DNA of 64,000 nt from the human T2T-CHM13v2.0 reference genome, Homo sapiens. The notes beneath the pieces are model-generated. The model was not told where the DNA came from. It did no database searches and saw only the letters and a list, made by a program, of their open reading frames with translations. The DNA lies in NCBI RefSeq assembly GCF_009914755.1, contig NC_060941.1. One strand, given 5' to 3'. Of this stretch, positions 43,993-62,486 are shown piece by piece. The number at the start of each line of letters is the position of its first letter. Position 1 is the first letter of the stretch. Made by a program: the position numbers and the translations under genes.

Positions 43993-44744
43993 TAACACCC
44001 AGAAAATGAGAAAGTGAATACTTCTTTTTTTATTTGATCTTTTTTAATTTATTTTTATTTTATTTATTTATTTATTTAATTTTTAAGTTTTATTTTATTA
44101 TTTTTTTATTTTATTTTATTTTTTTATTTATTTTTATGTATTTATTTATTTATTTTTAAAGTGAATACTTCTAACGACTTTTGTAACACAAGTGTTTCAA
44201 ATTCTTTTTTTTGTTTTTGAGATGGAGTCTCGCTGTCGCCCAGGCTGGAGTGCAGTGGCGCGATCTTGGCTCACTGCAGGCTCTGCCTCCCAGGGTTCAC
44301 ACCATTCTCCTGCCTCAGCCTCCCGAGTAGCTGAGACTACAGGCGCCCGCCACCGTGCCTGGCTAATTTTTTTTTTTTTTTTGTATTTTTAGTAGAGACG
44401 CGGTTTCACCGTGTTTGCCAGGATGGTCTTGATCTCTTGACCTCGTGATCCACACGCCTCGGCCTCCCAAAGTGCTGGGATTACAGGTGTGAGCCACCGC
44501 GCCCGACCTCAAATTCTTGCTTTCAACAAAAATTAAAGAAAAATCAAATCAAGTTGTTAATTGAGAGATTATCACTATATGACTTTTTTGCATATATCTC
44601 AAAAAGTATTCAACAAAATGAGTGACAATTTTGTCATCTATTTATACATGTGAACAAGATTTCTCGGCACACATAAAAACATAAAAGAAATAGAATTTAT
44701 TGCAAAAGTTTGTCTATCATTAAGTAATGTTCATTCATAGATAA

Positions 44745-44915
<171 letters not shown>

Positions 44916-45831
44916 TAGAGGCAGGGTTTCACCAGGTTGGCCAGGCTGGTTTCAAACTCCTGACCTCAAGTGTTCCGCTCACCTTGGCCTCTCAAAGTGC
45001 TGGGATTACAGATGTGAGCCACCGTGCCTGGGCATAAATGCATTTTTGAAAGAAATGAGCCCATCTGTCTTATTAATAGCTATCATTCCAATAAAATGTT
45101 TACTGTCTTTAAAAGTTATTTTATTTATATAAAAGTTATAAATTGCAGCATACTTTTCTTTTGTTTGACTGCTAATAGTAATTATATTGATAATTAAATC
45201 CAGGGGAAAAAATTTACCAAGAGCCTTTTTGTCACAGGAAGTTAAGAAGAATTAAAAATTTAATACACATACATACTTTTGTTGTAGAGAAGTATTACAA
45301 AGTGATAAAAGACTTTCATGCATGAAATATATTGCTTTGGAATGTAATTCTGTGGAGGAAATGGAATGGAAATACAAGTTCAGAAAGATAAAAGAATGAC
45401 AAAATTTCTTTTTTTTTTTTTTTGAGACGGAGTCTTGCCCTGTTGCCGAGGCTGGAGTGCAATGGTGCCATCTTGGCTCATGGCAACCTTCACCTCCCGG
45501 GTTCAAATGATTCTCTTGCCTCAGCCTCCTGAGTAGCTGGGATTACAGGTGCCTGCAACTACGCCCAGCTAATTTTTTTTTGTATTTTTCGAACTCCTGA
45601 CCTCATGATCCGCCTGCCTCGGCCTCCCAAAGTCCTGGGATTACAGGCATGAGCCACCGCACTCGGCCAAGAATGACAAAATGTCTGATGTAGGCTGAGC
45701 GCGGTGGCTCACCTCTGTAATCCTAGCACTTGGGAGGATGAGGTGGGCGGATCACCTGAGGTCAGGAGTTCGAGACAAGCCTGGCCAACATGGAGAAACC
45801 CTGTCAACATGGGGAAACCCCATCTCTACTA

Positions 45832-46032
<201 letters not shown>

Positions 46033-46109
46033 CTAATATATTTTTACTACCAGAGCTGACCACTCTCCCCCTTCCCCCTTTCTTTCTTTCTTTTTTTTTT
46101 TTCTTTTGA

Positions 46110-46217
<108 letters not shown>

Positions 46218-47044
46218 TAGCTGGGACTACAGGCTCCCGCCGTCACGCCCGGCTAATTTTTTTTGTATTTTTTAGTAGAGACGGGGTTTCACCGTGTTAG
46301 CCAGAATGGTCTCAATCTCCTGACCTCATGATCCGCCCGCCTCAGCCTCCCAAAGTGCTGGGATTACAGGCGTGAGCCACTGCGCCCGGCCCCCACTTCC
46401 CCCTTTCTTATAACCACTGCATGATTTTGCATAAAACTTTTAGGGCGTGTCCAAGAAAAAAGTTTGAAAACTACTGGTTAACTCACTCTTTCCAGAAACT
46501 TGGCTGTGAAATGGAGAAGAGGAGAGCTGGTTCCAGGGAGGCTCAGGTCAAAGGTGATTTTATTTTATTTTTTAATTTTTAATTTTTTTGAGACTAGGTC
46601 TAGCTCCTTCCCCAGGCTGGAGTGAAGTGGTGTGATCACAGCTAACCACAGTCTTGACCTCCTGAGATCTCATGGCTCATTACAGCCTCCACCTCCCTGG
46701 CTCAAGCAATCCTCCCACCTCAGTCTCCTGAGTAGCTGGGATCACAGGCCTGCGCTACCATGTCTAGGTAGTTTTTGTATTTTTTTTGTAGAGGCAAGGT
46801 TTCACCATGTTGCTCAGGCAGGTCTCGAACTCCTGAGTTCAGGCAATCCACCTGCCTCAGCCTCCCAAAGTGCTGAGATTACAGGCATAAGCCACCACGC
46901 CCCGCCAGTGATTTCATTTTTTAAGTTGGAAGATCTGAGCATGTTTAAGTGTTTAGTATCATGCCCGTTTTACAGAAAAAAAGAGGCTCTTAGAAACTAC
47001 GATTTTACTCCGATGCGGAGATTCTAGAACAAGATCCAGGTAAT

Positions 47045-47699
<655 letters not shown>

Positions 47700-47959
47700 T
47701 GAACTCCTGACTTCAAGTGATCCAAAGGTCGGCTACAAACTTGTATTATCTGATACCTACTTTGAGCCCAGGCCAGAAAGGATAAAGTAAAGCATGAGAC
47801 GTTGTTAGTTCATTTCAACAGATTGGGGAGTTGTGGGTTTTAGTCTCTGACGCTTCATTGTTACCATGAGAGCCTGCAAGTTTTTCTTTTTTCTCTTTTT
47901 TTTTTTTTTAACCTCTTTGGGTCATCTGGGAGGACGTGGTGCTCTTTTAGCTCTAACAT

Positions 47960-49300
47960 TTTCTGGTTGCAATGCGTTTAGGACTGGGATGCGAAGTGAG
48001 TGAGTGAGTGAGCCTTCTCAGGAAAACACTTTCTAGAATTTTGTCCGAGTGTCTGTTGGGAAACGCGCTTACATCCCGCAGAAGGCGGTAAGGACACAGC
48101 GCACAACTCTGCATTATACCTGCGAGTTAAAAAGCCAAGGGTTCGCTCACTCAACCTTGAATGCGCGTCAGAATCACCTGGGGGAGGTTTTACAAAATAC
48201 CCGTGCTCCACCCAAGACAATGAAATCAGACTCCCTGCGAGCGGGGCCGAACATCAGCATTTTTGAGGACGCTCCCTGTGGCTGTGCATCGGTGATCTTT
48301 AATCCCCTGCTACTTGTTAGAGGAGCTGGATGACACTTCGTGGGCTCATTCTCATAAATAAGCTGCTGAATGGAGTCCTCTCCTCCCAAGAGTTGTCGGT
48401 GTTGCATCTTTTTTGTTGTTTATTTTTTTTTAAGCCAACGGACGAAGACATCCAACGGTGCTGCATCTTAATGGAGGGACATCCAGCTAAAGGGAATCTT
48501 GGAGACCTCCGCGGGTTTCTAGCAGCTCGCGGCATGTTGGTTTCCCAGGGCAAGAGGCCGCCACTGAAGGTCAGCTCTGTCTTTCCAGCTGGGCACTGGA
48601 GGCTCTAAGTCTGTTTTCAGCAGGATCGGAGGAAGGAGACGGGGTGGCGCCAAGGAAGGAGGAGAAAAGGCGGCCGAGAAAAGGAGGAGGGCAAGGGGAA
48701 GAGGAAGGGCGAGGGAGGAGCCTGAGGAGACTCGCCCGGCTCAACCCCGACGTCCGCGCCCCGGCCGCCTGTTGGCCATGGCGGGCCTGGGCCTGGGCTC
48801 CGCCGTTCCCGTGTGGCTGGCCGAGGACGACCTCGGCTGCATCATCTGCCAGGGGCTGCTGGACTGGCCCGCCACGCTGCCCTGCGGCCACAGCTTCTGC
48901 CGCCACTGCCTGGAGGCCCTGTGGGGCGCCCGCGACGCCCGCCGCTGGGCCTGCCCCACTTGCCGCCAGGGCGCCGCGCAGCAGCCGCACCTGCGGAAGA
49001 ACACGCTACTGCAGGACCTGGCCGACAAGTACCGCCGCGCCGCACGCGAGATACAGGCGGGCTCCGACCCTGCCCACTGCCCCTGCCCGGGCTCCAGTTC
49101 CCTCTCCAGCGCGGCCGCGAGGCCCCGGCGCCGCCCGGAACTGCAGCGGGTAGGGAGGCCGGGCCCGCAGCTCCCCTGGCTCCCCCGGGCTGCCCGCCGC
49201 CTGACCCTTTCCCATGTGGCTCGAACCCCTTTCCTCAGCCGTTCTACTTTTACGTTCCTTTTCTCAGTCTAAAAGTCGAGTTCCGCTCTTCGGAGGCACT
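47960..49300. promoter_or_regulatory. RNF135: RNF135 promoter CpG island
   Basis: CpG-dense, GC-rich segment spanning exon 1; purine-rich tract at 48631-48728 just upstream of the ATG. Confidence 0.9.
48778..49149 (+). CDS. RNF135: RNF135 (Riplet) coding exon 1, C3HC4 RING finger
   Basis: gccATGG Kozak context; MAGLGLGSAVPVWLAEDDLGCIICQGLLDWPATLPCGHSFCRHCLEALW...CPTCRQ...ELQR|gtaggg; 372 nt. Confidence 0.97.
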
Positions 49301-49779
49301 TTGGAAAGTTCATAAAAGTATGAAGAAGTAGAAAAAAACAAATTCCCCATCTTCCGAAAGCTTGTCAACTTAGCTGTTACACAGCTTGGCATATTTCAAC
49401 TTCTTCCCAATCGATCTTCGGTCTCTTTCTCTGAAACTTGTAAAATTGTGGTAAGATCTATATAACATTAAAACTGGCCATTTTAACCTTTTTCTTTATT
49501 TCTTTGAGACGGAGTCTCGCTCTGTCGCCCAGGCTGGATGGAGTGCAATGGCGTGCGTGATCTCGGCTCACTGCAACCTCCGCCCCCCAGGGTCGAGTGA
49601 TTCTCTTGCTTCAGGCTCGAGAGTAGCTGGGATTACAGGCGTGCGCCATCACGCCCGGCTAATTTTGGTATTTTTAGTAGAGACGGGGTTTCGACATGTT
49701 AGCCAGGCTAGTCTCAAACTCTTGACCACAGATGATCCGTCCGCCTCGGCCTCCCAAAGTGCTGGGATTACAGTCATGA

Positions 49780-49999
<220 letters not shown>

Positions 50000-50119
50000 T
50001 AGGGACGGGGTTTCACCGTTGTTAGCCAGGATGGTCTCGATCTTCTGACCTCGTGATCTGCCCGCCTCGGCTTCCTAAAGTGCTGGGATTACAGGTGTGA
50101 GCCACCGCGCCCCGCCTAT

Positions 50120-52546
<2,427 letters not shown>

Positions 52547-53040
52547 TAATTTTTATATTTTTGTAGAGATGGGGTTTCACCATGTTAGCTAGGCTGGTCT
52601 CAAACTCTTGACCTCAGGTGATCTGCCTGCCTCGGCCTCCCAAAGTGCTGGGATTACAGGCATGAGCCACTGTGCCAGGCCCATTATAATTTATTTTAAG
52701 AAATTTTTCAGGCAGATTGTCATGGCTCACACTTACAATCCTAGCACTTTGGGAGGCAGAAGCAGGAGGATTGCTTGAGCCCAGGAGTTCAAGACCAGCC
52801 TGGGCAGCATGGTGAGATCCAATTAAAAAAAAAAGAAAAAAGAAGCTATGAGACCCAATGAAAAAAAAAAGAAAAAAGAAGCTGGGTGTGATGACACATG
52901 GCTGTGGTCCCAGCTACTTGCGAGACTGAGGTACGAAGAACACTTGAATCCAGGAGGTTGAGGCTGCAGTGAGCTGTTTTCATGTCACTGCACTCCAGCC
53001 TGGGCAACAGAGCAACATCCTGTTTCCCCTTAAAAAAATA

Positions 53041-53944
<904 letters not shown>

Positions 53945-54880
53945 TGATCCACCCGCCTCGGCCTCCCAAAGTGCTGGGATTACAGGCATGAACCACCACG
54001 CCCAGCCTATTTCAATTTTTTTTGAATGTTTTAAGACTTGTTTTTGTGACCTGACATATGTTAGGTCTTAGGTTTTGTGACCTATCCTTGAGAATGATCA
54101 TGTGCTGAGGAAAAGATCCATGTGTATTCTGTAGCGTGGATGTAAATGTTCCATAAATATCCATTAGGTCCATTTGATCTACAGTACAGATTAAGTCCAA
54201 TATTTCCTTGTTACTTTTCTGTCTGAATAATTTGTTCAATGCCAAAAGTGGGTTGTTGAAGTCTCCAGCTGTTATTGTATTGGAGTCTGTCTTCTCTTTA
54301 GCTCTAATAATACTTGCTTTACATGTCTGGGTGCTTTAGTGTTGGTGCATATATATTTACAGTTGTTATATCTTCTTACTGAATTGACTCCATCATTATA
54401 AACTTTGTCTTTTATTATAGATTTTGTTTTGAAATCTATTTGTCTGATATATGTATAGCTAATCCTGCTCTTTTTTGGTTTCCATTGGCATGGGATATAT
54501 TTTTCCATCCCTTTATTTTCAGTCTATATGTGCCTATAGATGAAGTGTGTTTCTTGTAGGGAATAGATCATTGGGTCTTGTTTTTTTATCCAGTCAACCA
54601 CTCTGTGTCTTTTGATTGAAGATTTTTGTTCATTTACATTCAATGTTATTGATAAGTAATTCTTGCCATTTTGTTATTTGTTCTTTGGTTGTTTTGTTTT
54701 GTGGTCTTCTCTTCCTTCTTTCCTTCTTTTCTGTCTTCCTTTAAATGAAGATGATTTTCTCTGGTGCTATGATTTAGTTTCTTGCTTTTTATTTTTTGTG
54801 TATCCATTATATGATTTTTGATTTGAGGTTACCATGAGCTTGCAAGTAGTATCTTATAACCTATTGTTTTAAGCTGATAA

Positions 54881-55588
<708 letters not shown>

Positions 55589-56293
55589 TGAAGTATTCCC
55601 TTTAGCATTTCTTGTAGGACAGGTCTGGTGTTGATAAAATCCCTTAGCTTTTGTTTGTCTGGGAGAGTCTATTTCTCCTTCATGTTTCAAAGCTATTTTC
55701 ACAAATTATAGTTTTCTAGGGTAAAAGTTTTTTCCTTCAGCACTTTACATATGTCATGGCACTTTCTCCTGGCCTATAAGGTTTCCACTGAAAAGTCTGC
55801 TGCCAGATGTATTGGAACTCCCTTGTATATTATTTATTTCTTTTCTCTTGCTGCTTTAGGATCCTTTCTTTAACCTTAACCTTTGGGAGTTTTATTATAA
55901 ATGCCTTCACATAGTCTTCTTTGGGTTAAATCTGCTTGGTGTTTTATAACCTTCTTGTATGTAGATATTGATGTCTTTCTGTAGATTTGGGAAGTTCCAT
56001 GCTATTATTTCTTTGAATAAACTTTCTACCACTATTTCTTTCTCTACCTCCTCTTAAGGCCAATAATTCTTAGATTTGCCCCTTTGAGGCCATTTTCTAG
56101 ATCTTGTAGGCATGCTTCATTCTCTTTTTTCTTTTGTCTCTTCTTACTGTGTATTTTCAAATAGGCTGAATTCAGGCTCACTAATTCTTTCTAATACTTG
56201 ATCGATTTTGCTATTGAGAGACTCTGATGCATTCTTCAGTATGTCAGATGCATTCTTCGATTCCAGAATTTCTGCTTGATTTTTAATTATTTC

Positions 56294-59109
56294 TTTTTTT
56301 TATTTATTTTTTATTTTTTATTTTTTTTTTATTGATCATTCTTGGGTGTTTCTCGCAGAGGGGGATTTGGCAGGGTCATAGGACAATAGTGGAGGGAAGG
56401 TCAGCAGATAAACAAGTGAACAAAGGTCTCTGGTTTTCCTAGGCAGAGGACCCTGCGGCCTTCCGCAGTGTTTGTGTCCCTGGGTACTTAAGATTAGGGA
56501 GTGGTGATGACTCTTAACGAGCATGCTGCCTTCAAGCATCTGTTTAACAAAGCACATCTTGCACCGCCCTTAATCCATTTAACCCTGAGTGGACACAGCA
56601 CATGTTTCAGAGAGCACAGGGTTGGGGATAAGGTCACAGATCTACAGGATCCCAAGGCAGAAGAATTTTTCTTAGTACAGAACAAAATGAAAAGTCTCCC
56701 ATGTCTACTTCTATCCACACAGACCCGGCAACCATCCGATTTCTCAATTTTTTCCCCACCCTTCCCGCCTTTCTATTCCACAAAACCGCCATTGTCATCA
56801 TGGCCCATCCCCAATGAGCTGCTGGGCACACCTCCCAGACGGGGTCGTGGCCGGGCAGAGGGGCTCCTCACTTCCCAGTAGGGGCGGCCGGGCAGAAGCG
56901 CCCCTCACCTCCCGGATGGGGCGGCTGGCCGGGCGGGGGGCTGACCCCCCCCCCCACCCTCCCGGACGGGGCGGCTGGCCAGGCAGAGGGGCTCCTCACT
57001 TCCCAGTAGGGGCGGCCGGGCAGAGGCGCCCCTCACCTCCTGGATAGGGCGGCTGGCCGGGCGGGGGGCTGTCCCCCCCACCTCCCTCCCGGACGGGGCG
57101 GCTGGCCGGGCAGAGGGGTCCTCACTTCCCAGTAGGGGCGGCCGGGCAGAGGCGCCCCTCACCTCCCGGACGGGGCGGCCGGCCGGAAGGGGGGCTGACC
57201 CCCCCCACCTCCCTCCCGGACGGGGCAGCTGGCCGACCCCCCCCCCCCCCCGCCTCCCTCCCGGACGGGGCGGCTGGCCCGGCAGAGGGGCTCCTCACTT
57301 CCCAGTAGGGGCGGCCGGGCAGAGGCGCCCCTCACCTCCCGGACGGGGCGGCTGGCCAGGCGGGGGGCTGATCCCCCCCACCTCCCTCCCGGACGGGGCG
57401 GCTGGCCGGGCGGGGGGCTGACCCCCCCCACCTCCCTCCCGGACGGGGCGGCTGGCCGGGCAGGGGGCTGACCCCCCTCCCCCCTCCCGGACGGGGCGGC
57501 TGGCCGGGCGGGGGGCTGACCCCCCCACCTCCCTCCCGGATGGGGCGGCTGGCCAGGCGGGGGGGCTGACCCCCCCACCTCCCTCCCGGGCGGGGCGGCT
57601 GGCCGGGCAGAGGGGCTCCTCACTTCCCAGTAGGGGCGGCCGGGCAGAGGCGCCCCTCACCTCCCGGACGGGGCGGCTGGCCAGGCGGGGGGCTGATCCT
57701 CCCACCTCCCTCCCGGACGGGGCGGCTGGCCGGGCGGGGGGCTGACCCCCCACCTCCCTCCCGGACTGGGCGGCTGGCCAGGCGGGGGGCTGACTCCCCC
57801 ACCTCCCTCCTGGACGGGGCGACTGGCCGGGCAGAGGGGCTCCTCACTTCCCAGTAGGGGCGGCTGGGCAGAGGAGCCCCTCACCTCCCGGATGGGGCGG
57901 CTGGCCGGGCGGGGGGCTGACCCCCCCACCTCCCTCCCGGACGGGGCGGCTGGCCGGGCAGAGGGGTCCTCACTTCCCAGTAGGGGCGGCCGGGCAGAGG
58001 CGCCCCTCACCTCCCGGACGGGGCGGCCGGCCGGGCGGGGGGCTGAGCCCCCCACCTCCCTCCCGGACGGGGCGGCTGGCCGGGCAGAGGGGCTCCTCAC
58101 TTCCCAGTAGGGGCGGCCGGGCAGAGGGGCTCCTCACTTCCCAGTAGGGGCGGCCGGGCAGAGGAGCCCCTCACCTCCCGGACGGGGCGGCTGGCCGGGC
58201 GGGGGGCTGACCCCCCCCACCTCCCTCCCGGACGGGGTGGCTGCCGGGCGGAGACGCTCCTCACTTCCCAGACGGGGTGGTTGCCGGACGGAGGGGCTCC
58301 TCACTTCTCAGACGGGGCGGTTGCCAGGCAGAGGGTTTCCTCACTTCTCAGACGGAGCGGCCGGGCAGAGACGCTCCTCACCTCCCAGACAGGGTTGCGG
58401 CCCAGCAGAGGCGCTCCTCACATCCCAGACAGGGCGGTGGGGCAGAGGTGCTCCCCACATCTCAGACGATGGGCGGCCGGGCAGAGACGCTCCTCACTTC
58501 CTAGATGGGATGGTGGCGGGGAAGAGGCGCTCCTCGCTTCCTAGATGGGATGGCGGCCGGGCAGAGACGCTCCTCACTTTCCAGACTGGGCAGCCAGGCA
58601 GAGGGGCTCCTCATATCCCAGACGATGGGTGGCCAAGCAGAGAAGCTCCTCACTTCCCAGACGGGGTGGCGGCCGGGCAGAGGCTGCAATCTCGGCTCTT
58701 TGGGAGGCCAAGGCAGGCGGCTGGGAGGTGGTTGTAGCGAGCCGAGATCACGCCACTGCACTCCAGCCTGGGCACCATTGAGCACTGAGTGAACGAGACT
58801 CCATCTGCAATCCCGGCACCTCGGGAGGCCGAGGCTGGCGGATCACTCGCGGTTAGGAGCTGGAGACCAGCCCGGCCAACACAGCGAAACCCCGTCTCCA
58901 CCAAAAAAAAACGAAAACCAGTCAGGCGTGGCGGCGCGCGCCTGCAATCGCAGGCACTCGACAGGCTGAGGCAGGAGAATCAGGCAGGGAGGTTGCAGTG
59001 AGCCGAGATGGCAGCAGTACCGTCCAGCTTTGGCTCAGCATCAGAGGGAGACCGTGGAGGGAGAGGGAGAGGGAGAGGGAGAGGGAGAGCGTGGTGATGA
59101 CTCTTAACC
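56294..59109 (-). mobile_element. Full-length SVA retrotransposon (young, SVA_D-F-like), antisense in RNF135 intron 1
   Basis: Read on +: poly-T tail (56294-56330), SINE-R (to about 56820), GC-rich VNTR (about 56830-58680), Alu-like domain, (GGGAGA)5 at 59059-59088; 16-bp TSD gatttttaattatttc at 56278-56293 and 59110-59125. Confidence 0.97.
56830..58680. repeat. SVA VNTR (GC-rich, G-quadruplex-prone, CpG-rich)
   Basis: Tandem 35-50-nt units such as cctcccggacggggcggctggccgggcggggggctgacccccc. Confidence 0.95.
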
Positions 59110-60429
59110 GATTTTTAATTATTTCAATCATTTTGTTAAATTTACCTGATAGAATTCTGAATTCCTTCTCTGTTATCTTGAATGTCTCCGAGTTTTCTTA
59201 AATCAGCTATTTTGAATTCTCTGTCTGAAAGGTCACATATTTCTGTTTCTCCTGAATTGGCTCTTGGTGACTTATTTAGTTAGTTTGGTGGGGTCATGTT
59301 TTCCTGAATGGTCTTGATGCTCGTGGATGTTTGTCAGTGCCTGGGCATTGAAGAGTTAGTTATTTATTGTAGTCTTCACAGTCTGGGCTTGTTTGTACCT
59401 GTCCTTCTTGGGAAGGCTTTCCAGGAATTTGAAAGGACTTGGGCGTTGTGATCTAAGCCGTATCTGCATTAGGGGGCACCCCAAGCCCAGTAAAGCTGTG
59501 ACTCTTGCAGACTACTAGAGGTACCACCTTGGTGGTCTTGTATAAGATCCAGAAGAATTATCTGGATTACCAGGCAGAGATTCTTGTTCTCTTCTCATAC
59601 GTTCTCCAAAACAGTCTGTCTGTGTGCTGAGCTGCCTGGAGCTGGAGGTGGGGTGACAGAAGCACCTTGTGGCCATGACCACTAGAACTGCACAGGGTCA
59701 GACCTAAAGCCAACACAGCACTGTGCCTTACCCAAGCCCCTTGTTAACCACTATCTGGCTACCACCTATATTGACTCAAGGACCTAGGGCTCTATAATCA
59801 GCAGATGGCAAAGCCAGCCAGGCTTGTGTCCTTCCCTTCATGGTGGCACATTCACCCAGGCTCGGGGCCGGTCCAGAGACCCATCTCAGCACTAGGACTT
59901 GCCTAGGAGTTGCAGTCCTTGTGGCCTAGACTGCCTTTCAAGTTTATTTAGAGCCCCAGAGCACTTCAGCCCACAGTGGAGAGGCTTGCCAGAACTCAGG
60001 TTCCAATAACTGGGGTGGGTGATTTGATTCCTCTCTGGCTAGGACTGATCTAAATGCTCCCTCTGTGGGTAGGCGTCAGCTGAATTCAGCCCAGTTTTGC
60101 TTTGTGAAGTGACAAGGCAAAGTCTTTCTATTCTCTTTATCACCATGCTCTCCCTTTCCTGAGTGCACAGATTCTCTGTGCATGTGGCCCCTGACACATG
60201 GGATATGGGTTGCATTGGCAATTCAAGACTGTTTCTCCTACCCTCTTCAGTGCCTGTTTCAGTAATATAAAGTTAAAACCAGGTACTGTAAGTACCCCTG
60301 ATTTTTGGTTCTTATGAAGGTGCTTTTTTGTGTAGTTGTTAAATTTGGTGTTCTTGTGGGAGGGATGATCAATGGAGCCTTCTATTTGGCTATCTTGCTC
60401 TGCCCTCTCCACCCTTAAGTCTTCTGGCT

Positions 60430-62270
<1,841 letters not shown>

Positions 62271-62342
62271 TTCCCTCTGTCTAGTGGTGGTTCCTGGGTC
62301 CAGTTTTATAGAACCCAGGACCTGAACTTTGCTATTTTGAAG

Positions 62343-62486
62343 GTGGCAGTAGAGAAGAGCATCACAGAAGTTGCTCAGGAGCTGACAGAGCTGGTGGAAC
62401 ATCTTGTAGACATTGTCAGAAGCCTGCAGAATCAGAGGCCCCTATCAGAATCTGGACCAGACAACGAACTGAGCATCCTGGGCAAG
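62343..62486 (+). CDS. RNF135: RNF135 coding exon 2 (coiled-coil region); gene continues beyond the window
   Basis: tttgaag|GTG...AAG|gtaggc; VAVEKSITEVAQELTELVEHLVDIVRSLQNQRPLSESGPDNELSILGK; 144 nt, phase 0-0. Confidence 0.95.

Noticed and set aside
48571-49331. Overlapping 139-172-aa ORFs in other frames and strands across RNF135 exon 1
   Set aside because: Non-ATG starts or low-complexity translations caused by very high GC; only the RING frame has a Kozak ATG and a donor site.
56336-59201. Many ORFs and regular repeats resembling an array
   Set aside because: All are translations of SVA SINE-R, VNTR and Alu-like domains; the tandem units have no unique spacers, so this is not CRISPR-like.
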